Positions 10,364-20,699 of a stretch of 64,000 nt of DNA are shown piece by piece. The first letter of the stretch is position 1. Each line of letters opens with the position of its first letter. Under the pieces are notes generated by a model. That model did not search any database, was not told the DNA's origin, and saw only the letters and a program-made list of their open reading frames with translations. Location: sequence record DRR378314_235; one strand, given 5' to 3'. Position numbers and translations under genes: made by a program.

Positions 10364-11698
10364 TTATCTTAATAATTCGATAGAAACGCGTAAACCGCTA
10401 CAGGACTTAGTCGAAAAGCTGATTTTACCTTCATAGCGAGTCACTATATCTCGAACGATAGCAAGGCCGAGACCGTGCCCAGGTGTTTGCTCATCTAGCC
10501 GCAGACCCCTTTGGCCCAAACTGGCTAAATCCTTGTGATTAACCCCTGGGCCATCATCAGCAACAACTATTCGCTTGAAGCCGCTGCCTTGTTCCACAGA
10601 GAGCTCTACGCATCTCGAAGACCATTTGCCAGCATTGTCGAGTAAGTTGCCCAATACTTCATTTAGATCATGTTCTTCTATCGGCCATCGGCTGTCTTCA
10701 GGCAGAGAACTCGATAGTTCAAACGACTTTTCCGGATATAAACGACCGAGCATCCACAAAAGATCCCGTGCCTGTTTTATGGGGTAGGCGCTTTTTCCAA
10801 TCTGGGGCCCTGCAAAACGGCTTCGACGCATTTCAGCTTCTAATTGCCTGTCGATATCGCTTAGTCGCTCCACCATCTGGCGCCTTAGATTGGTGTCGAG
10901 AGGACGTGTGTCGTCTTCCAGTATCTGCCGGACGGCTGCGATGGGGGTTTTGACGCTATGAGACAGGTTTGCGAGAGCGTCCCTGGAGCGCTCCAGTCGC
11001 TGATCTAAGGAGTCCAGCAACTGATTTAGTTGAAGAACCAGCGGGTGGAACTCCTCTGGCGACTGAACGTTGATTCGGGAGATCTCTCCGTCCTGGAGTC
11101 TTTTTAATGCGGCTTTGAGTGTGACAACCGGTCGCATGGACATCGTGATTCCGAACCAGAGCACGGCGACCAAGAGCATAATCAACAGAACTGATACTAC
11201 GGCGGTCCAGGCATGAAGTGCAGCTTGGCTGCGTTTCAGCGCACCCAGATCTTCAGAAACGATTACGACGATGGGTGTTTCACCGACCTGAAAAGACTTT
11301 CGGTAGGCGAGGATGTCTAAGGGAGTATCAGTGGTTTCGGCATCTTCTACGCGAACGGTTCCGTCTTCTTCGTTTTCAATCAGAGGCGTTAACAAGGGCT
11401 CCCAAGTATCGGGTGAAATGATGGTCTGTTCGGGTGTATGTATGGCAAAGGCATGATGAAAAACATCCTGGAAATAATCGCCCGTCTGGAGAGTGTCAAC
11501 TTCACCATTCGCGTCGCGAATCTGGTGCTCAAGGAAAACGACTTCATCTTTCAGTCGGCTTTCAACGAATTCCCGAGACATTCGGTCGAGCAGCAAGCCA
11601 TGGACCAACCACGCCACCCCCATTAGACCAATTCCGGCGGGCAGTAACAGCGCAAGCAAGGTTCCTTTTACGGACGCAGGCTTTTTAAGGAATCGCAT
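10364..11698 (-). CDS. Sensor histidine kinase (PhoQ/QseC-like subfamily)
   Basis: Two TM helices, HAMP, H-box LSHSVKTP, N-box GNLLDNAGKW, G boxes DDGPG and GHGLGL. Confidence 0.92.
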   Translation of the reverse strand: MRFLKKPASVKGTLLALLLPAGIGLMGVAWLVHGLLLDRMSREFVESRLKDEVVFLEHQIRDANGEVDTLQTGDYFQDVFHHAFAIHTPEQTIISPDTWEPLLTPLIENEEDGTVRVEDAETTDTPLDILAYRKSFQVGETPIVVIVSEDLGALKRSQAALHAWTAVVSVLLIMLLVAVLWFGITMSMRPVVTLKAALKRLQDGEISRINVQSPEEFHPLVLQLNQLLDSLDQRLERSRDALANLSHSVKTPIAAVRQILEDDTRPLDTNLRRQMVERLSDIDRQLEAEMRRSRFAGPQIGKSAYPIKQARDLLWMLGRLYPEKSFELSSSLPEDSRWPIEEHDLNEVLGNLLDNAGKWSSRCVELSVEQGSGFKRIVVADDGPGVNHKDLASLGQRGLRLDEQTPGHGLGLAIVRDIVTRYEGKISFSTKSCSGLRVSIELLR

Positions 11699-12350
11699 TA
11701 AAAATGTACCCCTGGCCGCGTCGTGTTGAGATGGTTTCGCTGCCCACTAGCTTCCTTAACCTCCGAATATACGCCTCAATGACGTTTTCGCTCGGGCTAT
11801 CATTCAAGTTGTAAAGCTGTTCCATTAGTTGTTCTTTGGAAAAGACGTGGCCAGGGCGGCTCATCAAACAACGTAGCAGCCGGAATTCGGTGCCGGTAAG
11901 TGTATGTTCCACGCCGTCGTCCATCTTGAGACTCTGGCGGTTTTCGTCCAGTTCAAAGCGGCCGGCTTTAACCTGAGCATGGACCCTTCCTTCACTTCGA
12001 CGCACGAGTGCGTTGAGGCGTGCGATTAGCTCTTCTGTCTGAAAAGGTTTTGCCAGGTAATCGTCTGCCCCGGCTTTTAAGCCGTTAACCTTATCCTGCC
12101 AATCGCCTCTCGCGGTCAGAATCAAGACCGGACAGCTGACGTGATTCGTTCGCCACTTTCTCAATACGTCCAGCCCGTTGCCATCAGGTAGACCCAGGTC
12201 CAGAACAACAGCACGGTAATCCTCTTGCTCACCCAGAACGACGGCTTCTCGGGCACTGGGAGTTGTATCAACGCTGAAACCTGCTTTTCCCAACTGCCTG
12301 ACCAGACCCTCAGCAAGCAAGCGGTCATCTTCGACGAGCAGTAAACGCAT
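11685..12350 (-). CDS. OmpR/PhoP-family response regulator
   Basis: MRLLLVEDD, LDLGLPDGNG, GADDYLAKPF, winged helix NVIEAYIRRLRKL..TRRGQGY; overlaps the kinase start. Confidence 0.94.
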   Translation of the reverse strand: MRLLLVEDDRLLAEGLVRQLGKAGFSVDTTPSAREAVVLGEQEDYRAVVLDLGLPDGNGLDVLRKWRTNHVSCPVLILTARGDWQDKVNGLKAGADDYLAKPFQTEELIARLNALVRRSEGRVHAQVKAGRFELDENRQSLKMDDGVEHTLTGTEFRLLRCLMSRPGHVFSKEQLMEQLYNLNDSPSENVIEAYIRRLRKLVGSETISTRRGQGYIFNAIP

Positions 12351-12396
12351 GAGTTTTTCCTTCTATGTATGGTCCGCGGTCGAAAGTGTGACTGAT

Positions 12397-12455
12397 TAAC
12401 CTGAATTCAGCCTGAACGGAAAATAGTTCGAGTTTTTCAGAAAGAATTCAGGTTA
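12397..12455. promoter_or_regulatory. Two oppositely oriented direct-repeat boxes (TTCAG-N6-TTCAG) in the divergent promoter
   Basis: CTGAA at 12401 and 12412; TTCAG at 12436 and 12447 (11-bp period); 12-bp inverted repeat TAACCTGAATTC / GAATTCAGGTTA. Confidence 0.65.
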
Positions 12456-12549
12456 GTGAGAGAAGGTAACAACCGATTCTGGACATTGCTCAAGATTGGG
12501 GCTCAATCCTGCAGTGTTTTTCGAGCAATATTTTACAGAGGATAAAAAG

Positions 12550-13083
12550 ATGAATGCATCAAAACTATTCGTAGCGGGTATGGCGCTTTCAATGTCGGCA
12601 ACAGCGTTTGCGGCTGGCGCCCATGATGGTGGCCACGGGCACGGCGCTACAAGCGGTGAACCTGGCAAAGCGTCGGAGGCCAGCCGAACCGTAACTGTCG
12701 AGATGTACGACAACTACTACGAACCCGAAGAAATCAGTGTAAAGCCGGGTGAAACCGTTCGCTTCGTGGTGGAGAACAAGGGAAACCTCGTCCATGAGTT
12801 CAATGTTGGCACTCCCGACATGCACGAAGCTCATCGAGAGGAAATGATGATGATGGTTGAGCATGGCGTCATCCAGGGCGGCAAGCTGAACCACGACATG
12901 ATGAATATGGATATGGGGAATGGCCATTCCATGAAGCATGACGACCCGAACAGCGTGTTGCTGGAACCGGGCCAAAGTAAAGAAGTGGTTTGGAAGTTCT
13001 CTGATAAAGGCAATATCGAATTTGCCTGCAACGTGCCGGGCCACTATCAGGCCGGGATGTACGGTGAGGTCAATTTCGAGTAA
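12550..13083 (+). CDS. Periplasmic cupredoxin (CopI-like) with His/Met-rich segments
   Basis: Signal peptide, HDGGHGHG, HEF...C..PGH..AGM type-1 Cu ligands, MHEAHREEMMMM loop. Confidence 0.85.
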   Translation: MNASKLFVAGMALSMSATAFAAGAHDGGHGHGATSGEPGKASEASRTVTVEMYDNYYEPEEISVKPGETVRFVVENKGNLVHEFNVGTPDMHEAHREEMMMMVEHGVIQGGKLNHDMMNMDMGNGHSMKHDDPNSVLLEPGQSKEVVWKFSDKGNIEFACNVPGHYQAGMYGEVNFE

Positions 13084-13167
13084 CTCGCTTAACTGAGGTC
13101 CGCGAGCGCGGGGCTGAGACACGTTTCTCGGCCCGGCTTCAATGACGTGTAGTTTGGAGCAACACAG

Positions 13168-14877
13168 ATGAAACCACGCTTTTTGACAGGGCTTTTGAGC
13201 CTGCTGATGCCAGCCATGGTTCTGGCCGGCGAATACGACCTTACGGTCGACCGGGTAAAAATTGATACCGGCGATTTTGTGAAGGAAGGCATCGGATACA
13301 ACGGCGCATCCCCGGGACCGGTGATGCGCTTCAAGGAAGGCGAAAACGTCAAGATCAACGTGACCAATAACCTGGATGAGATGACGTCCATTCACTGGCA
13401 TGGGTTGATCCTTCCTTTTGATCAGGACGGTGTACCCGGCATAAGTTTCCCAGGCATCAAGCCGGGTGAAACCTTTACTTATGAATTTCCTATCCAGCAG
13501 GCAGGCACTTACTGGTTCCACAGCCACTCTGGTTTTCAGGAGCCGGATGGCGCCTATGGTGCCATTGTGATCGAACCGGAAAAACGTGAGCCGTTTCGTT
13601 ATGACCGCGAGTACGTGGTGCAGTTGACTGACAAGCACCCCCATTCCGGTGACCGCATCATGCGCAACCTGAAAATGATACCGGATTACTACAACCGTGA
13701 GCAGCAAACCGTGGGGGAGTTTTTTTCGGACGCGTCCAAAAACGGTCTGATGAACACCATTCGGGACCGCATGGCCTGGGGTGACATGCGGATGATGAAA
13801 GCGGACGTTGAGGACTTGCAGGGCTTTACGGGCCTGATCAACGGCAAAGGTCCCGAGCAGAACTGGACTGGCCTTTTTGAGCCCGGAGAACGCATCCGGC
13901 TGCGGTTCATCAACTCCTCGGCCATGACCTACTTCGACATACGGATTACCGGTCTGGACATGACGGTTGTACAGGCCGATGGCAACAACGTTCAGCCCGT
14001 TAACGTGGACGAGTTCCGGATCGGTGTGGCGGAAACCTATGATGTGATCGTCCACCCGAAAGATGAGCAGGCCTACACCATTTTCGCTGAATCCATGGGG
14101 CGTTCCGGCTATGCCAGGGCAACGTTGGCCCCCGAAGAAGGTATGGAAGCGGCTGTTCCGCAACTGCGTGATCCGGCGCGCCTGACTATGGCAGACATGA
14201 GCGGTATGCCCGGCATGGACCATGGCAACATGGCCGGTATGGATCATGGCGACATGGATATGAATAGCTCAGAAGGGATGTCCGGAATGGATCATTCCAA
14301 CATGGAAGGCATGGATCATGGTTCCATGGCGATGGGAAAAGGCGGCCAAAACGACCCCTTTTACGCCAAGGGAAGTGGCCTTGTACCCACGGCAGCCAAT
14401 GGCGGCAAGTTCCTGTCCTATGCTGACCTGAAGGCCCAAGATCCACTGTATGAAGACCGCGAACCGACCCGGGAAATTGAGCTTCGTTTGACCGGCAATA
14501 TGGAGCGTTATACCTGGAGCATTAATGGCGTCAAGTACGAAGACGCAGACCCAATTCGTCTCAAATACGGTGAGCGAGTTCGCTTCAAATTCGTGAACGA
14601 GACCATGATGACTCACCCTATGCACCTGCACGGTATGTGGTCCATTCTCGATGTTGGTGCAGACCAATGGAACCCGATCAAGCACACGGTCAGTGTGCAG
14701 CCAGGCACCACGGTTTACATGGAAACCGAGGTCGACGAGCCCGGTCAGTGGGCGTTCCACTGTCACCTGTCCTATCACGCGGCCGCTGGTATGTTCCGCA
14801 AGGTCATTGTTGAAGGTGGGCCAGAGTCGACGCAGGCCAAAACAGACGTGATTGCCAAAGATGGAGGTGAGGTATGA
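13168..14877 (+). CDS. copA: Copper-resistance multicopper oxidase
   Basis: HWHG, YWFHSH, HPMHLHG, HCHLSYHAAAGM Cu-site motifs; Met/His-rich insert. Confidence 0.93.
   Translation: MKPRFLTGLLSLLMPAMVLAGEYDLTVDRVKIDTGDFVKEGIGYNGASPGPVMRFKEGENVKINVTNNLDEMTSIHWHGLILPFDQDGVPGISFPGIKPGETFTYEFPIQQAGTYWFHSHSGFQEPDGAYGAIVIEPEKREPFRYDREYVVQLTDKHPHSGDRIMRNLKMIPDYYNREQQTVGEFFSDASKNGLMNTIRDRMAWGDMRMMKADVEDLQGFTGLINGKGPEQNWTGLFEPGERIRLRFINSSAMTYFDIRITGLDMTVVQADGNNVQPVNVDEFRIGVAETYDVIVHPKDEQAYTIFAESMGRSGYARATLAPEEGMEAAVPQLRDPARLTMADMSGMPGMDHGNMAGMDHGDMDMNSSEGMSGMDHSNMEGMDHGSMAMGKGGQNDPFYAKGSGLVPTAANGGKFLSYADLKAQDPLYEDREPTREIELRLTGNMERYTWSINGVKYEDADPIRLKYGERVRFKFVNETMMTHPMHLHGMWSILDVGADQWNPIKHTVSVQPGTTVYMETEVDEPGQWAFHCHLSYHAAAGMFRKVIVEGGPESTQAKTDVIAKDGGEV
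14188..14334 (+). repeat. Met/His-rich GMDH repeats within CopA
   Basis: Four GMDH units in MADMSGMPGMDHGNMAGMDHGDMDMNSSEGMSGMDHSNMEGMDHGSMAM. Confidence 0.85.
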
Positions 14878-15623
14878 GCTGTATTCGATCAATTGTCGCA
14901 GTCAGCTTCCTTGCCTCTATTGGTGTCTCAACGGCGGTGACAGCTCAGGAAATGATCTCCGACACGACCGCTCGAAAACAGCCGCTCACAACCTGGGGCG
15001 TTCAATTCGAGGAATTTGAGTACCGCTACAGCGACGATGACGAGGAGCTGGGCGTCTGGAATGCGGATGCCTTCTATGGCACCGACGACTTTAAAGTCCG
15101 GCTGCTCACAACCGGGGAGTACGAGATAGAGGAGCAGGCCTACGAAACGCTGGAAAACCAGCTGGTCGGCCAGATCCCTATCTCCAAGTTCTTCGACGCC
15201 AAAGCGGGCGTGCGTTTCGATACGCCCGAGGGGCCGGACCGTACGTATGCGGTTCTCGGTGTGGCCGGGCTGGCGCCCCAATGGTTTGAGATCGATGCAA
15301 ATCTGTATGTCAGCAAGGATGGCGATACGTCAGCTGAACTCGACGCTGAGTACGAATTGCTGTTCACTAACTACTGGATTCTGGCGGCAACGCTGGATGC
15401 CTCAGTAGCGTTCAGTGAGGATGAAGAGATCGGCGTCGGCAAGGGATTGGTTTCCACCGAAACCGGCCTCCGGCTCAGCTACGACCTGATCGACCGTGCG
15501 TTCTCACCCTACGTGGGTGTGGTGCACGAGCGTAAGTATGGCGATAGCGCCGACCTGGCCGAGGCGGACGGCGGTGGCACAGAAGACTGGTTTGCCGTGA
15601 TCGGCGCTCGAATCGCATTCTGA
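14874..15623 (+). CDS. copB: Copper resistance outer-membrane protein B
   Basis: GVRFD, GLAPQWFE, EYELLFTN, GLRLSY, FSPYVGV, terminal Phe; ATGA overlap with copA. Confidence 0.9.
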   Translation: MSCIRSIVAVSFLASIGVSTAVTAQEMISDTTARKQPLTTWGVQFEEFEYRYSDDDEELGVWNADAFYGTDDFKVRLLTTGEYEIEEQAYETLENQLVGQIPISKFFDAKAGVRFDTPEGPDRTYAVLGVAGLAPQWFEIDANLYVSKDGDTSAELDAEYELLFTNYWILAATLDASVAFSEDEEIGVGKGLVSTETGLRLSYDLIDRAFSPYVGVVHERKYGDSADLAEADGGGTEDWFAVIGARIAF

Positions 15624-15631
15624 TGCTGATA

Positions 15632-15659
15632 GGCCATGGGGAAACCCACGGCCCTTTTT
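15632..15659 (+). terminator. Intrinsic terminator after copB
   Basis: GGCCATGGG-GAAA-CCCACGGCC followed by CTTTTT. Confidence 0.7.
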
Positions 15660-15707
15660 CGTCTATGATTTGATGTAACTCAAATCCACCGAAAGTCTGT
15701 GTCCATT

Positions 15708-15723
15708 GTCAGCCGCAGTTCAG
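15708..15723 (+). promoter_or_regulatory. Direct-repeat box GTCAG-N6-TTCAG
   Basis: Same 11-bp-period motif as at 12436-12451, upstream of the second island operon. Confidence 0.5.
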
Positions 15724-15775
15724 ATTGAAGTGTTTTGATACAGGGAGAAGTCATCAGGAAGAGAGGTGTCACCCC

Positions 15776-16129
15776 ATGACCAAAGCACACAAAGCAACCA
15801 ATCAGGAGCAGTTTTTGTTGCGCCGAAAAATGGCCGTCGAGGGGCTTGGAGAGGATCAGTGGGATGGGCTCATCCACGATCTTAATCGCCACCCCTGCGT
15901 TGATTTCGCCGAGCGTAAGCCAAATGGCACATTGCAGGTGACGTACGACGGAACCCACTGGTCCGTCGATGAATTACTGGAACTGATCAAGGCTTACGGT
16001 GGCCAATTGAAAACCGGATGGTGGACCCGGCGCAAATTGGCTTGGTACCGGGTTACCGACGACAACGTCCGGGCAAATGCCAAGCATGAGCCGTTCTGCT
16101 GTTCCAAGATTCCACCCATGAAAAAATAA
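15776..16129 (+). CDS. Small HMA-fold-like protein with C-terminal Cys-Cys, function unknown
   Basis: GAGG RBS; ferredoxin-like pattern (LQVTYD...SVDELLELIKAYG) lacking CxxC; ends HEPFCCSKIP. Confidence 0.7.
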   Translation: MTKAHKATNQEQFLLRRKMAVEGLGEDQWDGLIHDLNRHPCVDFAERKPNGTLQVTYDGTHWSVDELLELIKAYGGQLKTGWWTRRKLAWYRVTDDNVRANAKHEPFCCSKIPPMKK

Positions 16130-16140
16130 CAGGAGGTTGA

Positions 16141-17496
16141 ATGAACAGGGAGGAAGATCGAACTACCCGCTACCAGGAGGGCAGTCTCACTTTACCAGGG
16201 ACAGTCATGCTGGGTACCGGCGTCATGATTGGCGCCGGTATTTTTGCACTTACCGGGCAGATGGCCCAGATGACCGGTGTCCTTTTCCCGCTGGCCTTTC
16301 TCGCGGCGGCGGTGATTGTCAGCTTCAGCGCCTATTCCTACATCAAGATCTCCAATGCCTACCCGTCCGCCGGCGGTATCGGCATGTACCTGCACAAGGC
16401 TTACGGAAACCGGCTGCCAACGGCTTTCAACGCCCTGTTGATGTACTTTTCCATGGTGATCGCCCAGAGCTTCCTGGCCCGCACCTTTGGCTCTTACACC
16501 ATGCAACTATTCGGAGGGGACGAAAGCGGCCGTATGGTGCCCATTCTGGGGGTGGCATTAATCCTCGTGGCTTTCGTGATCAACCTGCTCGGCAATCGGA
16601 TGATTCAGGGGGTGGCTTCCTTTATCGGGATCCTGAAAATCGGCGGCATACTGATTTTCGGTCTGGTCGGGATCTGGATTGCCGACTCAGTCTCGGTTGA
16701 TTTTTCGGAGCCCGGTGAAGCCGGAGCGCTGGGCAACTTCCTGGGCGCAACCGCACTGGGGATTCTGGCGTTCAAAGGCTTTACGACCATCACCAACAGT
16801 GGTTCGGAAGTAATAGACCCAAAGCGAAACGTCGGGCGCGCCATCGTGATTTCCATTGCCGCCTGCGTGGTGATCTACACGCTGGTGGGCTTCGCGGTCG
16901 CCAGCAACCTGTCACTGGCTGAAATTATCGAAACGCAGGATTACTCCCTCGCTGCTGCTGCGCGTCCCGCTCTCGGCGATTACGGTGTCTGGTTTACTGT
17001 CGCTATTGCCATGATGGCCACGGCGGGCGGTATTCTCGCCAGCGTCTTCGCGGTATCCCGCATGCTGGCGATGCTGACGGAGATGAAGCTCGTACCACAT
17101 CGGCATTTTGGCATGCCCGGCAGCATCCAGAAACACACACTGGTGTATACCGTTGTCCTGGGGCTGATCCTCACCGCCTTCTTTGATCTGTCACGAATTG
17201 CCGCGCTGGGTATCGTGTTTTACCTGATTATGGACATTGCCATTCACTGGGGTGTACTGCGCTATCTTCGCAAAGACATCAAGGCCAACACCTGGGTGCC
17301 AACTACAGCCATCTTGTTGGATCTTTTGGCTCTGGGCGGCTTTGTCTGGGTAAAACTGAATACGGACCCGTTCGTCATCGGCGTGGCAGTGGTCACCATG
17401 ATTGTGCTTGCAGTCTCCGAGCAGATTTTCCTGAAAAGATCGCCGGAATCCGCGCAAGCGAAACAGGAAGAGAGTCACGCGCATCGTCACCATTAA
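16141..17496 (+). CDS. APC-family amino acid permease
   Basis: GVMIGAGIF TM1, YPSAGG, AFKGF TM6, about 12 hydrophobic segments; AGGAGG RBS; C-terminal HAHRHH. Confidence 0.9.
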   Translation: MNREEDRTTRYQEGSLTLPGTVMLGTGVMIGAGIFALTGQMAQMTGVLFPLAFLAAAVIVSFSAYSYIKISNAYPSAGGIGMYLHKAYGNRLPTAFNALLMYFSMVIAQSFLARTFGSYTMQLFGGDESGRMVPILGVALILVAFVINLLGNRMIQGVASFIGILKIGGILIFGLVGIWIADSVSVDFSEPGEAGALGNFLGATALGILAFKGFTTITNSGSEVIDPKRNVGRAIVISIAACVVIYTLVGFAVASNLSLAEIIETQDYSLAAAARPALGDYGVWFTVAIAMMATAGGILASVFAVSRMLAMLTEMKLVPHRHFGMPGSIQKHTLVYTVVLGLILTAFFDLSRIAALGIVFYLIMDIAIHWGVLRYLRKDIKANTWVPTTAILLDLLALGGFVWVKLNTDPFVIGVAVVTMIVLAVSEQIFLKRSPESAQAKQEESHAHRHH

Positions 17497-17523
17497 CCAG
17501 AATCAGGAAGAGAGGCTATTGCC

Positions 17524-17751
17524 ATGATGGGAGATAACATGTTCGGGAACACCATGTGGGCAGGCCACTGGCTGTGGATGCTGGTGATTGCCATTGTGGT
17601 CGTCACTCCGGCCTGGCGTATTTGCCAGCGCACGGGGTATCCGGGGTGGATGGGTGTACTGATACTGATCCCTATCGTCAATCTGGTTCTGCTGTATTTC
17701 ATTGCATTTGCAGACTGGCCCGCCGATAAAACAGGAGATCAGAATGGCTGA
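17524..17751 (+). CDS. Small two-TM membrane protein
   Basis: [12 protein letters not shown]...[21 protein letters not shown] present; overlaps the ATPase start. Confidence 0.7.
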   Translation: MMGDNMFGNTMWAGHWLWMLVIAIVVVTPAWRICQRTGYPGWMGVLILIPIVNLVLLYFIAFADWPADKTGDQNG

Positions 17752-20104
17752 GCACCATCACGCCCATGACCACGATCACCACGCCGATAAAGAACCTGGC
17801 GGGCACACCGCCAAGGATCCGGTTTGCGGCATGGCAGTCGATCCGCATACCGCGGAACACCGCAGCCAGCATGGCGGTAAAACCTGGTACTTCTGCTCGT
17901 CGCGTTGCCAGTCCAAATTCGACGAGGACCCTGAGCAGTACCTCGATTGGGAAAAGAAACAGCAAGAGCCGGTAGCGCCGGGCACTATGTATACCTGTCC
18001 CATGCACCCCGAGATTCGGCAGCAAGGGCCAGGGGACTGCCCAATCTGCGGCATGGCCCTAGAGCCCGAGCAGGTAAGCCTGGACGACGGGCCTTCGGAA
18101 GAACTCAAAGACATGACCCGCCGATTCTGGATCGGCCTGGTGCTGGCCCTGCCTGTACTGGTACTGGAGATGGGTGGGCACCTCACCGGACTCGATCACA
18201 TTATAGCCCCGCAGATGTCCAACTGGATTCAACTGGTGCTGGCAACGCCTGTGGTGCTCTGGTGCGGTTGGCCCTTCTTCGTCCGGGGTTGGAAATCCGT
18301 GGTTAGCCGTAACTTGAACATGTTTACGCTCATTGCCATTGGTACCGGCGTCGCGCTGATCTACAGCCTGGTGGCGACCCTGGCGCCGCAGATCTTCCCA
18401 GGCGCCTTCCGGCAGGAAGACGGGTCGGTCGCCGTCTACTTCGAGGCGGCTGCTGTCATCGTGGTGCTGGTGCTGCTGGGGCAGGTGCTGGAATTGCGCG
18501 CCAGAGAGAAAACCTCTGGTGCCATCAAGGCCCTGCTGGATCTGGCACCGGCGACGGCCAGAAAACTGGACGACGATGGCAGCGAATCCGATGTGTCGCT
18601 TGATCAGGTCAAGGTCGGTGACCGCTTGCGGGTACGTCCGGGAGACAAGGTGCCGTTGGACGGCGAGGTGCTTGAAGGCAGCTCCAACGTGGATGAATCC
18701 ATGGTGACCGGTGAGCCTTTGGCAGTCAGCAAAAAATCCGGCGACCAGGTGATCGGCGGCAGTATCAACCAGCAGGGCAGCTTTATCATGCGGGCCGACA
18801 AGGTTGGCCGTGACACCATGCTGTCCCAGATTGTGCAGATGGTGGCGAGCGCCCAGCGCAGCCGCGCGCCCATTCAGGGCCTGGCCGACAAGGTGGCGGG
18901 TTATTTTGTGCCTGCGGTGATCGTGATCGCCATTATCGCCTTTATAGCCTGGTCATTCTTCGGGCCCACGCCGCCTATGGCGTTCGGGCTGATTGCAGCG
19001 GTCAGTGTTCTGATCATTGCCTGCCCTTGCGCACTTGGCTTGGCGACGCCCATGTCCATCATGGTGGGTGTCGGACGCGGTGCTCAAAGTGGCGTTCTGA
19101 TTCGCGATGCGGAAGCCTTGGAGCGTATGGAGAAGGTGGACACCGTGGTGGTGGATAAAACCGGCACGCTGACAGAGGGCAAGCCGCAAGTCACCCGGCT
19201 TGTCGCGGCCAACGGGTTCGATGACAGTAGTCTCATGCGTTATGCAGGCGGCCTGGAGAAAGGCAGTGAGCACCCACTGGCTCACGCCATACTCGATAAA
19301 GCCAAGGGCATGGACCTGAAGCTTCCGGATGCGGAAGACTTTGACTCTCCGAATGGTAAAGGGGTTACCGGTCGAATAGACGGCAAGCGGGTGCTACTTG
19401 GTAACCGCCTTCTCATGGAGTCGGAAAATGTCGACACCACGCGATTTGACGGCGACGCCGACCAGCTCCGAAAAGATGGTGCTACCGTGATTTTTGCTGC
19501 TGTCGACGGAAACGTCGCAGGGTTGCTGGCGATTGCCGATCCGGTCAAGGAAACCACCGAAGCCGCTATTTCCGCGCTGCAAAAAGACGGCATCCGGGTG
19601 GTCATGCTGACCGGCGATAACCGCACTTCAGCTGAAGCAGTTGCCCGAAAACTGCATATCGACGAAGTGGAAGCGGAAGTCCTGCCGGAAGATAAGGGCA
19701 AGATCGTCCAGCGCCTGAAAGACGAAGGCCGTGTTGTCGTGATGGCGGGTGACGGCGTAAACGATGCGCCTGCACTGGCAACGGCGGATGTCGGTGTGGC
19801 CATGGGCACCGGGACCGATGTCGCCATCGAAAGCGCCGGCATTACGCTGCTACGCGGCGACCTGATGGGCATTGTCGAGGCGCGCCGTTTGTCTCTGGCG
19901 ACCATGCGCAATATCCGTCAGAACCTGTTTTTCGCCTTCGTTTACAACTCCGCCGGTGTTCCGATAGCGGCAGGGGTTTTGTACCCGTTTTTCGGGATAC
20001 TGCTGTCGCCCATTTTTGCAGCGGCCGCCATGTCGCTGTCCTCGGTCAGCGTGATCGTGAATGCGCTGCGTTTGAGGGTGGTGAAACTCGGGTCAAAGCA
20101 ATGA
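17744..20104 (+). CDS. Cu(I)/Ag(I)-translocating P1B-1 ATPase with His-rich, YHS and CPMHP domains
   Basis: [67 protein letters not shown] and MSLSS motifs. Confidence 0.95.
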   Translation: MAEHHHAHDHDHHADKEPGGHTAKDPVCGMAVDPHTAEHRSQHGGKTWYFCSSRCQSKFDEDPEQYLDWEKKQQEPVAPGTMYTCPMHPEIRQQGPGDCPICGMALEPEQVSLDDGPSEELKDMTRRFWIGLVLALPVLVLEMGGHLTGLDHIIAPQMSNWIQLVLATPVVLWCGWPFFVRGWKSVVSRNLNMFTLIAIGTGVALIYSLVATLAPQIFPGAFRQEDGSVAVYFEAAAVIVVLVLLGQVLELRAREKTSGAIKALLDLAPATARKLDDDGSESDVSLDQVKVGDRLRVRPGDKVPLDGEVLEGSSNVDESMVTGEPLAVSKKSGDQVIGGSINQQGSFIMRADKVGRDTMLSQIVQMVASAQRSRAPIQGLADKVAGYFVPAVIVIAIIAFIAWSFFGPTPPMAFGLIAAVSVLIIACPCALGLATPMSIMVGVGRGAQSGVLIRDAEALERMEKVDTVVVDKTGTLTEGKPQVTRLVAANGFDDSSLMRYAGGLEKGSEHPLAHAILDKAKGMDLKLPDAEDFDSPNGKGVTGRIDGKRVLLGNRLLMESENVDTTRFDGDADQLRKDGATVIFAAVDGNVAGLLAIADPVKETTEAAISALQKDGIRVVMLTGDNRTSAEAVARKLHIDEVEAEVLPEDKGKIVQRLKDEGRVVVMAGDGVNDAPALATADVGVAMGTGTDVAIESAGITLLRGDLMGIVEARRLSLATMRNIRQNLFFAFVYNSAGVPIAAGVLYPFFGILLSPIFAAAAMSLSSVSVIVNALRLRVVKLGSKQ

Positions 20105-20128
20105 ACTTCTGAATCATTGGAGGTAGCT

Positions 20129-20515
20129 ATGTCATACACGATCGATCGAGTTATCAAAGATGTCGATTTCGAGGACGTGGACAGAAGAGCGCGTCAGGCC
20201 CTCACTGATCACGGGTTCGGTGTGCTGACAGAAATTGATGTCAAAGCCACCATGAAGAAAAAGCTGGACAAGGATATGTTGGCCTATCGGATTCTCGGGG
20301 CCTGCAATCCTGGCATGGCCTGGGAAGCCATCGGTGTGGAGCCTCGCGTGGGTGCCATGCTGCCTTGCAACGTTATTCTTCGTGAGGTTTCGGAGGGCAT
20401 TGAGGTAAGTGCAGTGGATCCATTGGCTTCCATGAGCGCCATCGATAATGACGAGCTCAAGCAGGTTGCCGGGAAGGTCAGGGATATGCTCTCTGAGGTT
20501 GTGGAATCGATCTGA
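20129..20515 (+). CDS. DUF302-family protein
   Basis: GFGVLTEIDV, YRILGACNP, GAMLPCNV; GGAGG RBS. Confidence 0.88.
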   Translation: MSYTIDRVIKDVDFEDVDRRARQALTDHGFGVLTEIDVKATMKKKLDKDMLAYRILGACNPGMAWEAIGVEPRVGAMLPCNVILREVSEGIEVSAVDPLASMSAIDNDELKQVAGKVRDMLSEVVESI

Positions 20516-20673
20516 AGCCGGTAGAGGCGTCGATTTGCTGCAGTGCCTGCGGTTTGCAATGGATTAGCGAATTAGCCAGGCGAGCGCATAGCCCAACTGA
20601 ACACTGGAAATGCAAATAGGACTCCTCATTTGACGACGGGATACCTATTTGATGTCAGTCATATTATGGAGAA

Positions 20674-20697
20674 GAAAAAAGGAAAAAAGGAAAAAAG
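20674..20697 (+). repeat. Perfect 8-bp tandem repeat (GAAAAAAG)x3
   Basis: Three exact units ending 2 nt before the ATG at 20700. Confidence 0.85.
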
Positions 20698-20699
20698 AT

